Assembly (NCBI GenBank): GCA_035638255.1 | Contig: DASRAJ010000029.1 | Location: 54,232 to 118,231 of the forward strand | Origin: Chitinophagales bacterium | GTDB taxonomy: Bacteria > Bacteroidota > Bacteroidia > Chitinophagales > UBA10324 | Reading direction: 5' to 3' | Length of the DNA stretch: 64,000 nucleotides | In this document: positions 10,212-20,545 of the stretch, piece after piece | How the letters are laid out: each line of letters starts with the position of its first letter | How positions within the stretch are numbered: position 1 is the first letter of the stretch | Notes under the pieces: generated by a model | Database searches by the model: none | What the model saw: the letters and a program-made list of their open reading frames with translations, nothing else | What the model was told of the DNA's origin: nothing | Made by a program: the position numbers and the translations under genes

Positions 10212-11201
10212 TCAAAAAACCCTCGGGGGACACTGCGAAGCTTTCTTCGTGTGCAACTTCTTTTGCACTTTTTCCGAGTCATGAAAATTGAGAACCAGTG
10301 ATAACTCATGCGAACCGCTCGTACTTCCTTTTAATCCTGAAACAGTCGCATCGAAACTGTAGCCGAATTTAAAAACACCTTTCTGTAATCCCGCCATCAA
10401 AATAGTTGCATCACCATTGGTAAAGGTGGTTCGATAAGAAAATCCGCCATAGAAAAGGCCAATGCCAAGGATGGCACCGGCAGTGAGCTGTTTGAATTTT
10501 GCCTGTGATGCAAGAAAAATGTTTGGTGAAAAAAACACCGGGGTCTTCTTAGTGGACTTGCTATGAAATTCTACTCCGAAATTTCCGGCAATGCGAAACG
10601 TGAGTGGACTGGTTTGTGTTGAAAGCAATGATTCATTGGGTGATGTGAGGTGCTTCACCGAGAATCCGAAAAAAGTTTTTGGAGTGAAGAATAAAAATCC
10701 TGCACCGAAGTCGGGAAATGTTCTTGATGAGCGATCAGGGAGATCAACAGAACCACTCGAAATTATGGAGCCGTCATTAGGATTGATGTTCTCCGCAAAA
10801 ATTAATTTATCACTTTGAATTCGCTTCTGAACAAGGGCAACCGATGCAGCACCCTGCAGCGCAAATTTTTTGCTGAAATTAATTTGATAGGAATAAATTC
10901 CGGTTACGCTGTTGCCAACATAAATTCCATTTGCCTGCTGATCAGAAACCACAAGCACGCCAATGGCTCCATTGAGCGCATCAAAATGCTGATCATAAGA
11001 TGCTGCATAAGAAATGTAAGCGTTGCCCAGGCCGGCCCACTCATTACGATAGTTCAATGCGAAGCGCGGACCGATATCCACCCCGGCAAGTGCGGGATTC
11101 AAATAGAGGGGCGCATTGAAGAATTGGCTGAACTCCAGATCCTGCGCATGTGCGGCACTTTGCCATGAAAAAAGAAATAGTATTATTGCCCTCCCATTCA
11201 T
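10212..11201 (-). CDS. PorP/SprF-family type IX secretion system membrane protein
   Basis: 329 aa. The signal peptide ends AHAQDLEFSQFFNAPLYLNPALAG, the hallmark N-terminus of the PorP/SprF family. The rest has beta-barrel-like composition. porU/porV are adjacent. Confidence 0.8.
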   Translation of the reverse strand: MNGRAIILFLFSWQSAAHAQDLEFSQFFNAPLYLNPALAGVDIGPRFALNYRNEWAGLGNAYISYAASYDQHFDALNGAIGVLVVSDQQANGIYVGNSVTGIYSYQINFSKKFALQGAASVALVQKRIQSDKLIFAENINPNDGSIISSGSVDLPDRSSRTFPDFGAGFLFFTPKTFFGFSVKHLTSPNESLLSTQTSPLTFRIAGNFGVEFHSKSTKKTPVFFSPNIFLASQAKFKQLTAGAILGIGLFYGGFSYRTTFTNGDATILMAGLQKGVFKFGYSFDATVSGLKGSTSGSHELSLVLNFHDSEKVQKKLHTKKASQCPPRVF

Positions 11202-11317
11202 AAGAACCCTAAACGGACTTTATCGTAACTTTATTTTTACAAGGTAAAATAATCTCAAGTTAGTTCCGTTAAACAACGACATTTTTTTCAGAACGAATTT
11301 TTTGTCGAACAAAATCA

Positions 11318-14300
11318 ATGTATACCATGAGGAGAATTACTTCGTTGCTCATCATCTGTTGTATCACTACTATCGCATCAGCACAACAAGTTGTTTCGAC
11401 AGTGAAAAATCTTGTTTGGGCCGATTCCCTGAAGACATTTCAATTTTCTGATTACCGCGATCATTCGACTTATTATTTCAGCGGCGCTTCGTATGATGAG
11501 ACGAAGTTTGATTTCCTTCCATATTATTATGAAGCAGTGAAGTTGCCTTTTGATGGAAGCTTTACAGTAGTCCTTACGGATGTAACATACTCGCCCCTGA
11601 ATGATGACCGTGGACGAAGGACCTTTGCAGAAACCCCTTCACAAAAAATTCAGAGTGCTCCGACTGTAATAACTGCAAAAGGATATCAGCTCACGAAACC
11701 GTATGCACAGATTTCCATTCTTCCTTTCAGAAAAAATCCTTCAACAGGGACACTTGAAAAAGTTGTCTCATTTCGTTACAACATCAGTATCACTCCGTCA
11801 GCTCCTTCCACCATTCGCGGTAACAGTTATGCGGCTCATTCAATTCTCGCCACCGGCACGTGGTACAAGATTGGTGTAACAAAGGATGGTCTGTACAAAC
11901 TTGACAAAACCTTTCTGCAGAATTTGGGGATTGATGTGGCTTCACTTGATCCGAGGAACATTCGCATTTATGGCAATGGTGGCGGCATGCTTCCTGAAGC
12001 GAACGCCGTTTTTCGTTATGATGACTTGCAGGAAGATGCTATTAAAGTGAGCGGTGAGGGAGACGGAAAATTTGATGACGGCGATTTCGTGCTCTTTTAC
12101 GGACAGGGCCCTCACCGATGGGTTCTCAATGCAACCGGCACATGTGCAAAGTTTGATCACATCCTGCATCTCTACTCTGATACCACGTTCTATTTCGTTA
12201 ATGTGGATCTGGGAACAGGAAAAAGAGTTGCTGATGTGTCTTCTTCCGGTCAATCACCGACCATATTAATCTCCACTTTTGATGATTATGCTTTTCATGA
12301 ACTCGAGCAACAGAATTTTTTGACAAGCGGAAGAGCGTGGTTCGGCGAAGATTTCGAGTTTGAGACATCGAAATCATTTCCATTTTCATTCCCTTCACTT
12401 GTGACCTCATCACCTGTGGCAGTCACCATTGCGTTTATGGGAAAAAGTATTTACGCGGCTAACACGATCACATCTTCTTCCGGCGGGCAAACAATTACTA
12501 CAGGGAACGTTGCAAAAATTTGTGCCGAATACACCTGTCCGTTCGGAAGCGAAGTGAAAACGTGCGGAACATTTACCCCGTCATCTTCTTCATTCACTAT
12601 TGATTTGAATTATACAAAGGGGGCAGCCGATGCACAGGGATGGCTTAATTACATCGAGGTAAACGTTCAACGTGCGCTCACGTGGTCAGGATCTCAAAAC
12701 AATTTCAGAAGCATTGCATCCATGGGTGCAGGGAATATTTCACAATTCACTCTTAGTAATGCGAACAGTTCATTGCTGGTTTGGGATGTAACCAATCCAA
12801 TTAATCCGCAAAATCAATTGGGTGCTTTAAATGGGACACAATTCCAATTCACGGCGGCAACGGATACGCTTCGCGAATACGTGATGTTTGCAAACACTGA
12901 GGGATACACGCCAGCTGCAGTCGGTAAAATTGATAACCAGGATCTGCATGGGATGGGTGAATACAGCTTGTTCATCATAAGCCCCGATATTCTTTTGCAA
13001 CAAGCGCAGGAGTTAGCGGACTATCATAAAAGCCATGATGGAATTTCAAGCGTGGTGGTTTCCGAGAATAAAATCTTCAATGAATTTTCTTCCGGCACTC
13101 CTGATGTAAGCAGTATCCGCGATTTCCTCCGCATGTTTTACAAGCGCGCTAATGGAGATTCTTCTCTGATGCCGAAATACCTTTTGCTCTATGGCGATGG
13201 TTCTTACGATAACAAAGGAAATATTCCCGGGAATAAAAGTTTGATTCTTACCTGGGAAAGTGCGAGCTCAGTAAATCCAACCAGTTCGTTTGTCGCAGAT
13301 GATTTCTTCGCCTGCCTTGATGACAATGAAGGTGGAAACATTGCCGATGGTACTAATTTCCTTGACGTTGGTGTAGGGAGGTTGACAATCAATGATGCTA
13401 CCGAGGCAGAAGCCGTGAACAACAAAATTAAAGTGTACACTTCACCACAGTCATTCGGCAACTGGCGCAACGTGATCACTTTCGTCGGCGATGATCAGGA
13501 TAATGATGTCCACGTAAGCGGCGCTGATGTAATTGCAACCTCTACCGCTTCAGGCTATCCTGTTTACAACATCGACAAAATTTATCTCGATGCATATCAG
13601 CAAATTTCTTTTCCCGGCGGCGACCGCTATCCTGATGTAAACACCGCGATTGACAACCGTATTTGTAAGGGTTCCCTGATAATGAATTACACCGGGCACG
13701 GGGGTATTGGCGGCTGGGCTCACGAGCGTGTTTTGGGTATCCCTCAAATTCAGGGATACACGAACCTCTATAAACTACCGCTGTTTGTTACTGCTACCTG
13801 TGAATTCAGTCAGTATGATAATCCTCCGGTAGTTTCTGCCGGTGAAGATCTTTTGTTGAATCCTAATGGGGGAGCAATCGCACTGGTAAGCACGGTTCGC
13901 TTAGTCTATTCCAATGCCAATCAAACTCTGAATGTCTCATTCATGGGTACAGTTCTCAATCCTGATCCCAATGGTATTATTGCACCGCTCGGTGAAATTT
14001 TACGCCGAAGTAAAAATGCTGTTCCCGGCGATGTGAACAACCGGAAATTTACGCTCATCGGTGATCCAGCTATCACGGTTGCATATCCTACGTACAACGT
14101 AAACACTACTTCGATCAATCATCATAATATAGGAGAGGCGGATACGTTGAAGGCATTACAAAAAGTAACGGTGGCAGGAACAGTGAATGATCTCAGTGGA
14201 AATGTGATGACAAATTTCAACGGCGTAATCTATCCAACAGTGTATGATAAAGCCGTTACATACCAAACATTGGCAAACGATGGCGATAGCTACGTGAAGA

Positions 14301-15223
14301 ATTTTGTGCTGCAGAAAAATGTGATCTACAATGGTAAGGCAAGTGTGAAAAATGGCAACTTCACTTTCTCCTTCATCGTTCCCAAAGACATTTCGTATCA
14401 ATATGGTTTTGGCAAACTCAGTTACTATGCTGACAACGGAGTGATTGATGCGCACGGATACAAGAATGATATTATTGTCGGCGGAATTTCTGATACCAGC
14501 AAAGTAGATGTGTTAGGACCCACCGTGAAAGTGTACATGAATGACGATAAGTTCGTGAGCGGCGGCATCACCGATGCCAACCCAACTATTCTGGTGAAGA
14601 TCAGTGATTCGAGCGGCGTGAATACAGTGGGAACCGGCATCGGTCATGATGTAGCAGGGGTGCTCGATAATGATACGAAGAACACACTCGTGATGAATAA
14701 TTTTTACACTTCTGATCTCGATAGCTACACCTCCGGGGAAGTTCGTTACCCGCTGCACGATCTAACGGAAGGATTGCACTCCGTAAGCGTGAAGGCTTGG
14801 GATGTTTATGATAATTCAGCAGAGGGAATGACTGATTTCATTGTATCAGAATCAGCCCAGATGGCATTGGCCCACGTGCTCAATTATCCGAATCCATTTA
14901 CTACAAGGACTGAATTCATGTTCGAGCACAACATGCCGAACAATATGATCACTGTGATGATCCAGATTTATACGGTGTCAGGAAAGCTGATCAAAACAAT
15001 TCAGCAGGCAGTGATGCCTCAGGCATTCGCAGCATCCGGTGCAACGTGTGATTGTAATTTGTCAACCGGCGGCGGAGGTTATCGTGTGAATGGAATTTAC
15101 TGGGATGGCAAAGATGACTACGGCGATAACATTGGCAAGGGAGTTTACGTATACAAACTTTCAGTGAAAACAGATAATGGAATGAAGGCCGACACATATC
15201 AAAAGTTGGTCATTCTTAAGTAA
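11318..15223 (+). CDS. porU: type IX secretion system sortase PorU (C25 gingipain-family peptidase)
   Basis: 1301 aa with a signal peptide. C25-type catalytic region: LLLYGDGSYDNKG...NYTGHGG (His)...FVTATCEFSQYD (Cys). CTD-like end LNYPNPFTTRTEFMF...GVYVYKLSV. porV follows immediately. Confidence 0.85.
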   Translation: MYTMRRITSLLIICCITTIASAQQVVSTVKNLVWADSLKTFQFSDYRDHSTYYFSGASYDETKFDFLPYYYEAVKLPFDGSFTVVLTDVTYSPLNDDRGRRTFAETPSQKIQSAPTVITAKGYQLTKPYAQISILPFRKNPSTGTLEKVVSFRYNISITPSAPSTIRGNSYAAHSILATGTWYKIGVTKDGLYKLDKTFLQNLGIDVASLDPRNIRIYGNGGGMLPEANAVFRYDDLQEDAIKVSGEGDGKFDDGDFVLFYGQGPHRWVLNATGTCAKFDHILHLYSDTTFYFVNVDLGTGKRVADVSSSGQSPTILISTFDDYAFHELEQQNFLTSGRAWFGEDFEFETSKSFPFSFPSLVTSSPVAVTIAFMGKSIYAANTITSSSGGQTITTGNVAKICAEYTCPFGSEVKTCGTFTPSSSSFTIDLNYTKGAADAQGWLNYIEVNVQRALTWSGSQNNFRSIASMGAGNISQFTLSNANSSLLVWDVTNPINPQNQLGALNGTQFQFTAATDTLREYVMFANTEGYTPAAVGKIDNQDLHGMGEYSLFIISPDILLQQAQELADYHKSHDGISSVVVSENKIFNEFSSGTPDVSSIRDFLRMFYKRANGDSSLMPKYLLLYGDGSYDNKGNIPGNKSLILTWESASSVNPTSSFVADDFFACLDDNEGGNIADGTNFLDVGVGRLTINDATEAEAVNNKIKVYTSPQSFGNWRNVITFVGDDQDNDVHVSGADVIATSTASGYPVYNIDKIYLDAYQQISFPGGDRYPDVNTAIDNRICKGSLIMNYTGHGGIGGWAHERVLGIPQIQGYTNLYKLPLFVTATCEFSQYDNPPVVSAGEDLLLNPNGGAIALVSTVRLVYSNANQTLNVSFMGTVLNPDPNGIIAPLGEILRRSKNAVPGDVNNRKFTLIGDPAITVAYPTYNVNTTSINHHNIGEADTLKALQKVTVAGTVNDLSGNVMTNFNGVIYPTVYDKAVTYQTLANDGDSYVKNFVLQKNVIYNGKASVKNGNFTFSFIVPKDISYQYGFGKLSYYADNGVIDAHGYKNDIIVGGISDTSKVDVLGPTVKVYMNDDKFVSGGITDANPTILVKISDSSGVNTVGTGIGHDVAGVLDNDTKNTLVMNNFYTSDLDSYTSGEVRYPLHDLTEGLHSVSVKAWDVYDNSAEGMTDFIVSESAQMALAHVLNYPNPFTTRTEFMFEHNMPNNMITVMIQIYTVSGKLIKTIQQAVMPQAFAASGATCDCNLSTGGGGYRVNGIYWDGKDDYGDNIGKGVYVYKLSVKTDNGMKADTYQKLVILK

Positions 15224-15273
15224 ACAGATAACTTTGTAACCCTTTTTCTTCACCATAAATTTTAGTACTCAAT

Positions 15274-16491
15274 ATGAATCTTACTTCAAGCCGCAGGTTG
15301 ATTCCCCGCTTCATCGGGTTGTTCATTGCTTGTATATCCGTATCGTCCTTCGTTAAAGCGCAAACTTTCGCCGACTCACTCGATGGAAGAACCAACGTGA
15401 TCAACACCGCTGTTCCATTCCTCCGCATTGCTCCTGATGCGCGTGCAGGCGCCATGGGTGATGCAGGGCTCGCGCTCTCACCCGATGCAAATGCGATCTT
15501 TTGGAACACAGCAAAAATTCCTTTCTCGACAGCAGCAAATGGAAAAGAGGAAGATCAAAAACTTGCCGCTGCAGTAACATACACACCATGGCTTCGCGAA
15601 CTTGTGAATGACATTTATCTTGCTTCACTCGGTGTTTCATACAAGCTTGATAAATCACAGGGTCTTGCTTTCGGACTTCGTTATTTTTCTCTCGGAAGCA
15701 TCACATTCACCGATGCATCCGGCAATACACTCGGCGATTTCAACCCGCGTGAATTTTGCATTGATGCCGGTTATGGAAGACGACTCTCAACGTACTTCAG
15801 TACGGGTATCAACCTCGGCTTCGTGTATTCTAATCTTGCTCAGGGATACAGCGTGAACAATGTTCCCATCAAGGCAGGAAAAGCAGTAAAGGCAGACATC
15901 TCTTTCTTTTACAATCACCCTGCGAAATTCGGAAAGACGGTGAAAGGAGAGTACAACATCGGTGCTACCATTTCCAACCTCGGGAATAAAATCACGTACA
16001 CTGAGTCAGCAACAAACAAAGACTTTCTTCCCACCAATCTCTGCCTTGGGGGCGGAGTAACATGGAAGTTTGATGAGTACAACAAGCTCACGTATGATCT
16101 TGATCTCAACAAGCTGCTGGTTCCAACACCGGATACTTCCGGTGATTATCGCAATGAATCTACAGTGCAGGGCATCTTCAAATCATTCGGTGATGCCCCC
16201 GGCGGTGGTAAGGAAGAACTGAAAGAGATTGACATTTCTACCGGCATTGAATACTGGTACAAAGATCTGTTCAGTGTGCGAACAGGATTTTTCTTTGAAG
16301 ATAAAACGAAGGGCAACCGCCAATTTTTAACAGCAGGACTTGGTATCAAGTACAATGTATTCGGGTTGAATTTCTCTTACCTTGTTCCTACATCAAATCA
16401 AAAGAGTCCTCTTGATAACACGCTTCGTTTTACGCTGTACTTTGATTTTGATAACATGAAGAAACAGGAGGAAGCTCCGGCCGAAGAATAG
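15274..16491 (+). CDS. porV: type IX secretion outer-membrane protein PorV (LptO)
   Basis: 405 aa. FLRIAPDARAGAMGDAGLALSPDANAIFWNTAKIPF is the conserved PorV N-terminal signature. The composition is FadL-like beta-barrel. It lies directly downstream of porU. Confidence 0.85.
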   Translation: MNLTSSRRLIPRFIGLFIACISVSSFVKAQTFADSLDGRTNVINTAVPFLRIAPDARAGAMGDAGLALSPDANAIFWNTAKIPFSTAANGKEEDQKLAAAVTYTPWLRELVNDIYLASLGVSYKLDKSQGLAFGLRYFSLGSITFTDASGNTLGDFNPREFCIDAGYGRRLSTYFSTGINLGFVYSNLAQGYSVNNVPIKAGKAVKADISFFYNHPAKFGKTVKGEYNIGATISNLGNKITYTESATNKDFLPTNLCLGGGVTWKFDEYNKLTYDLDLNKLLVPTPDTSGDYRNESTVQGIFKSFGDAPGGGKEELKEIDISTGIEYWYKDLFSVRTGFFFEDKTKGNRQFLTAGLGIKYNVFGLNFSYLVPTSNQKSPLDNTLRFTLYFDFDNMKKQEEAPAEE

Positions 16492-16521
16492 TAATTACGT
16501 TTTAGTGAAAAGAAATTTTAG

Positions 16522-16556
16522 AAAGTGCCCGATTAATCGAGGCACTTTTTATTTTT
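16522..16556 (+). terminator. rho-independent terminator after porV
   Basis: aaagtgcc-cgattaatcga-ggcacttt followed by a T-run (tttttattttt); 8-bp perfect stem. Confidence 0.7.
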
Positions 16557-16715
16557 AGCGGAGAAAAATTTTTGAATTGAATTCCAATTGAATCACTAAT
16601 AGTCACGGTGAAGAAATTTAAGATCCAGCACTATTTGAACAGCGCAGGAATTTATTCCGGCACGAGATACGAAGCGCGTAACAAATTCAATTGGCTGCAA
16701 CAATATTCTCTCATC

Positions 16716-17045
16716 ATGAATAAGAAATTAATTTTCCTCTTGCTGCCGCTATTAAGCTCTTGTTTCAAAAACTCATCGCACCTTATCACGTATGAAGTGG
16801 ATGGCACTTCGAACAGCTATGAAATTTCTTATACAGATGAATCAGGAGATTCCGTTCACCTGGATTATGCGACAAATACATGGAGACAGGAATTTGCTTC
16901 AGACGGCAATGGCACGGCGAAGCTGAAGATGCGTAACAGGAATAGATCCGGAACAGCTATCGGTTCCATTTACTGTGATGGGAAATTGAAGAAACAACAA
17001 ACAGCAGGAGCGAGTGATTCATTAGAAATCGAATTGAAGTATTGA
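16716..17045 (+). CDS. small lipoprotein, function unknown
   Basis: The internal Met of the 145-aa track ORF gives MNKKLIFLLLPLLSSCFKN, a lipoprotein signal with a Cys lipobox. The upstream 36 codons are probably not translated. Confidence 0.45.
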   Translation: MNKKLIFLLLPLLSSCFKNSSHLITYEVDGTSNSYEISYTDESGDSVHLDYATNTWRQEFASDGNGTAKLKMRNRNRSGTAIGSIYCDGKLKKQQTAGASDSLEIELKY

Positions 17046-17055
17046 AGCACAATAA

Positions 17056-17095
17056 CCCAAATTTCAAATTTCAAAATCCAAATTTCAAAAAAAAA
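17056..17095. repeat. CAAAT/TTCAAA intergenic repeat units
   Basis: cccaaatttcaaatttcaaaatccaaatttcaaaaaaaaa belongs to the same unit family as 9,975-10,205 and 19,828-19,975. Confidence 0.55.
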
Positions 17096-17127
17096 GTTTT
17101 ACAAAAAGTTCCTCTAACTATTAATCC

Positions 17128-17625
17128 ATGACTCCAAACTTTCGCATCGGTTTTGGTTTTGATGTTCATCGCTTAAAGAGAGGCCGTAAATTTATTCTTG
17201 GCGGAATAGAAATTCCCAATGAGAAGGGTCCTGTTGGTCACTCAGATGCTGATGTGCTCATTCATGCAATCTGTGATGCGCTGCTCGGCGCTGCAGGCTT
17301 GCGCGATATCGGTTTTTGTTTTCCGAACACCGATCAGCAATTCAAAAATATTGACAGCACCTTATTGCTCAAAAAAGTTTGTGATCTTCTGAAAGAAAAA
17401 AAAATTTCTATCGGAAACATTGATGCAACGGTTGTTCTTGAACAACCCAAAGTGAACCCTCATACAGATGCGATAAAGAAAAAGCTTTCGGAAGTGATGA
17501 GCATTTCTACAGATCAAATCTCCATCAAAGCAACCACCAATGAGCGAATGGGATTCATCGGGAAAGAAAAAGGAGTTGCCGCGTATGCAGTTGCATTAAT
17601 TTTTTCTCGCGACGCATCGGATTAA
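17128..17625 (+). CDS. ispF: 2-C-methyl-D-erythritol 2,4-cyclodiphosphate synthase
   Basis: 165 aa. RIGFGFDVHRL...GHSDADVLIHAICDALLGAAGLRDIG..FP matches the IspF metal-binding and active-site motifs. Confidence 0.95.
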   Translation: MTPNFRIGFGFDVHRLKRGRKFILGGIEIPNEKGPVGHSDADVLIHAICDALLGAAGLRDIGFCFPNTDQQFKNIDSTLLLKKVCDLLKEKKISIGNIDATVVLEQPKVNPHTDAIKKKLSEVMSISTDQISIKATTNERMGFIGKEKGVAAYAVALIFSRDASD

Positions 17626-17745
17626 AAAATTACAGGACGCGTTCTCTTTGTCGGGTATTCTTCCTTATTCATCGAAACATCTTAACTGCTTTTTATTTTA
17701 CTACCGGGGGAAGATTACTTTTGCCTTCCTTAAAAAAAAACATAC

Positions 17746-19827
17746 ATGTCGAACTCAAAAAATTCTCCAAAAGGAGTCCTTCGGACAATAAACAGATTCA
17801 TTTTTTCAATTTCAATTATAGCGCTCATCATTGGCTTAAGCTCATTCGGAAATGACGGAGAGAAACCTTCAAGCGGCCCGATTGACACAAGCTTGCTCGA
17901 TAACAGCATTAAGCCCGGCGATGATTTCTTCGAATACGTGAATGCAAAATGGATCGCAGCCAACCCCATTCCTTCAACAAAAAGCCGCTGGGGTGCCTTC
18001 AACCTTCTTGATGAGAACAGCAAGAAAACACTTCGTGAAATCATGGAGGATGATTCTAAATCCAACGCCGCTAAAGGATCCATAGCACAAAAGGTCGGTG
18101 ACTTCTGGTTTACAGGAATGGATTCTGCAGCGATTGATAAGGCAGGTCTGGACCCGTTAAAATCATACCTCGATATGATTGAAAGGATTCAAACGAAGGA
18201 TGATTTGCTGAAGGCCTCGGCAAAGCTGCAGAAGATTGGCGCGAATGTTTTTTTTCAACCCCATGTAGATGCTGATCAAAAAAATAGCGCCATGAATATT
18301 CTCATCTTGTCGCAAGGCGGACTGGGGTTGCCTGATCGCGATTACTATTTGAGAACCGATTCACAATCAATAGCATTACGGGGTCTCTATATGGGATACA
18401 TCAGCAAGCTTTCTTCACTCATGGGATACAACAATCTTGAAGCAAGGGAACATGCGATTACAGTAATGAAAATCGAAACCGAGTTGGCAGAATCCTCTAT
18501 GACACTGGTTGAACAGCGCTATCCTTATGCCACGTACAATAAAGTGACCATGAATGATCTGGTTACAAAGGATGCGGCAATAAACTGGAAGCTGTATTTC
18601 GTAACAATGGGTTATCCTGCGATGAATGATCTTGTGATTTCCCAGCCGAAATTTTTTAGCAGAGTCAATACGATGATGGATTCTGTAAGTATCACCGACT
18701 GGAAAACATATTTACGTTTTGCGTTTATCAACAATGCCGCGAACGTGATCAGCTCTGATTTTGAACAAGCAAATTTTGATTTCTATTCTAAGCGATTGCA
18801 GGGTATTCCGCAAATGGAGCCCCGGTGGAAACGCGTGAGCAATTTGGCAAACGGTTTACTTGGAGAGGCATTAGGTCAGGAATATGTGAAGCGCACCTTT
18901 ACCCCCGAAGCAAAGCAGATGATGATTGAACTCATCGGCAATTTGAAAGTTGCTTTTGCGAAGCGCATTGATCATCTTGATTGGATGAGCCCTGAAACAA
19001 AAATAAAAGCGAAGCACAAGCTTGATTCGATCATGGTAAAAGTTGGTTATCCTGATAAGTGGAAAGACTATTCCTCACTGCAAATTGATCGCGGTTCATT
19101 TGTACTGAATGTTTTTCACGCTGCTGAGTTTGAGGCTAATCGCAACGTAGCCAAGGCAAACAAGCCTGTTGACCGTACTGAGTGGGGCATGTCACCGCAA
19201 ACAATAAACGCATACTATAATCCCACCAATAATGAAATAGTTTTCCCGGCAGCTATTCTTCAGCCTCCCTTCTTCGATCCCAAAGCGGATAATGCTGTAA
19301 ACTACGGGGGCATTGGTGCCGTGATCGGCCATGAAATGACTCATGGTTTTGATGACGAGGGCAGGCTCTATGATGCGAAAGGAAATTTGAAAGACTGGTG
19401 GACAGATGAAGACGGAAAAAGATTCAAGGAGAAAACCGCTCACGTGTCGAAATACTATTCTATGTACATTCCAATTGACACCCTGCACATCAACGGCGAT
19501 CTCACCAACGGTGAAAACATCGCTGACCAGGGAGGGATTGAAATCGCATTCACGGCATTTCAAATGGCACAGAAAAAAAAGCCGCAGCCCGCCAAAATTG
19601 ACGGACTCACTGCTGAGCAACGTTTTTTTATCAACTACGCTCAGATCTGGCGGGGCAGCACAAGAGAGGATGCGTTGCGTATGCAACTGCTCACCAACCC
19701 GCATTCACCGGCAAAATATCGTGTGATCGGAACATTGAGTAACACGCCCGCTTTCTACGTGGCATTTGGATTGAAGCCGGGAGATAAAATGTATAAGTCG
19801 CCGGATCAGCAGACGCACATCTGGTGA
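17746..19827 (+). CDS. M13-family zinc metallopeptidase (PepO / endothelin-converting-enzyme-like)
   Basis: 693 aa. NAYYNPTNNEIVFPAAILQPPFF, the HExxH motif in VIGHEMTHGFDD, GENIADQGG and the C-terminal W are all M13 hallmarks. Confidence 0.9.
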   Translation: MSNSKNSPKGVLRTINRFIFSISIIALIIGLSSFGNDGEKPSSGPIDTSLLDNSIKPGDDFFEYVNAKWIAANPIPSTKSRWGAFNLLDENSKKTLREIMEDDSKSNAAKGSIAQKVGDFWFTGMDSAAIDKAGLDPLKSYLDMIERIQTKDDLLKASAKLQKIGANVFFQPHVDADQKNSAMNILILSQGGLGLPDRDYYLRTDSQSIALRGLYMGYISKLSSLMGYNNLEAREHAITVMKIETELAESSMTLVEQRYPYATYNKVTMNDLVTKDAAINWKLYFVTMGYPAMNDLVISQPKFFSRVNTMMDSVSITDWKTYLRFAFINNAANVISSDFEQANFDFYSKRLQGIPQMEPRWKRVSNLANGLLGEALGQEYVKRTFTPEAKQMMIELIGNLKVAFAKRIDHLDWMSPETKIKAKHKLDSIMVKVGYPDKWKDYSSLQIDRGSFVLNVFHAAEFEANRNVAKANKPVDRTEWGMSPQTINAYYNPTNNEIVFPAAILQPPFFDPKADNAVNYGGIGAVIGHEMTHGFDDEGRLYDAKGNLKDWWTDEDGKRFKEKTAHVSKYYSMYIPIDTLHINGDLTNGENIADQGGIEIAFTAFQMAQKKKPQPAKIDGLTAEQRFFINYAQIWRGSTREDALRMQLLTNPHSPAKYRVIGTLSNTPAFYVAFGLKPGDKMYKSPDQQTHIW

Positions 19828-19975
19828 AAAGAAATTCCAAATTCCAAAACCCAAATCACAAAAAAATTTCAAAAATCAATCTTCTAAAAATCAAATCGCT
19901 GTTTTGGAGTTTTTCTCTTTGAAATTTATTTGTCCCGATTGATCGGGATGGATTTTGGTTCTTGGAATTTTTCAA
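19828..19975. repeat. MITE-like intergenic element with imperfect terminal inverted arms and an embedded palindrome
   Basis: The left arm gaaattccaaattccaaaacccaaatc faces the right arm ggattttggttcttggaatttttc. The palindrome tttgtcccgattgatcgggatgga (19,929-19,952) is shared with 908-933. Confidence 0.55.
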
Positions 19976-20005
19976 ATTGTATTTTTCGCCCACGAAAACT
20001 TATCC

Positions 20006-20536
20006 ATGTCAAAAGAAAAAATCTCACAGGTCGCAATCATAATGGGTTCTGACAGCGATTTAAAAATCATGAAAGAAGCAGCAGCGGTTCTCGAAGAATT
20101 CGAAGTGCCGCATACGATCACCGTGATGTCCGCGCACCGCACTCCTGATCGCTCCGTTGCCTTTGCGAAATCAGCAGCGGAGAAAGGGATAAGAGTGATT
20201 ATTGCCGGGGCCGGTGGGGCGGCACATTTAGCCGGAGTGATGGCGGCGCTCACACATCTTCCTGTGATCGGTGTTCCCATTCAATCCAAATCGCTGAACG
20301 GATTGGATTCGCTTCTTTCCATTGTTCAAATGCCTGCCGGGATTCCTGTCGCAACTGTGGCCATTGACGGCGCACGCAACGCGGGCTTGCTCGCAGTGCA
20401 AATGATTGCACTGGGTGACACCACTCTTTCTGAAAAATTAGTTGCATACAAAAAGAGACTGCGAAGTTCAGTAGAAGAGAAAGCGAAGGAGTTGGAAGAG
20501 GTTGGATACAAAAAGTATCTGAAGGAACACGAATGA
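20006..20536 (+). CDS. purE: 5-(carboxyamino)imidazole ribonucleotide mutase
   Basis: VAIIMGSDSDLKIMKEAA...VMSAHRTPD...IIAGAGGAAHLAGVMAALTHLPVIGVP is the PurE signature. I chose the internal Met (MSKEKISQ) over the track start at 19955. Confidence 0.9.
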   Translation: MSKEKISQVAIIMGSDSDLKIMKEAAAVLEEFEVPHTITVMSAHRTPDRSVAFAKSAAEKGIRVIIAGAGGAAHLAGVMAALTHLPVIGVPIQSKSLNGLDSLLSIVQMPAGIPVATVAIDGARNAGLLAVQMIALGDTTLSEKLVAYKKRLRSSVEEKAKELEEVGYKKYLKEHE

Positions 20537-20545
20537 CATGAATTT

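Noticed and set aside
16608-16715. N-terminal extensions proposed by the ORF track (16608, 19955, 46260, 48284, 29562, 56909).
   Set aside because: In each case an internal Met gives a canonical start: a lipoprotein signal, the conserved family N-terminus, or a stop/start overlap with the upstream gene. I therefore preferred the shorter models; the starts remain unverified.
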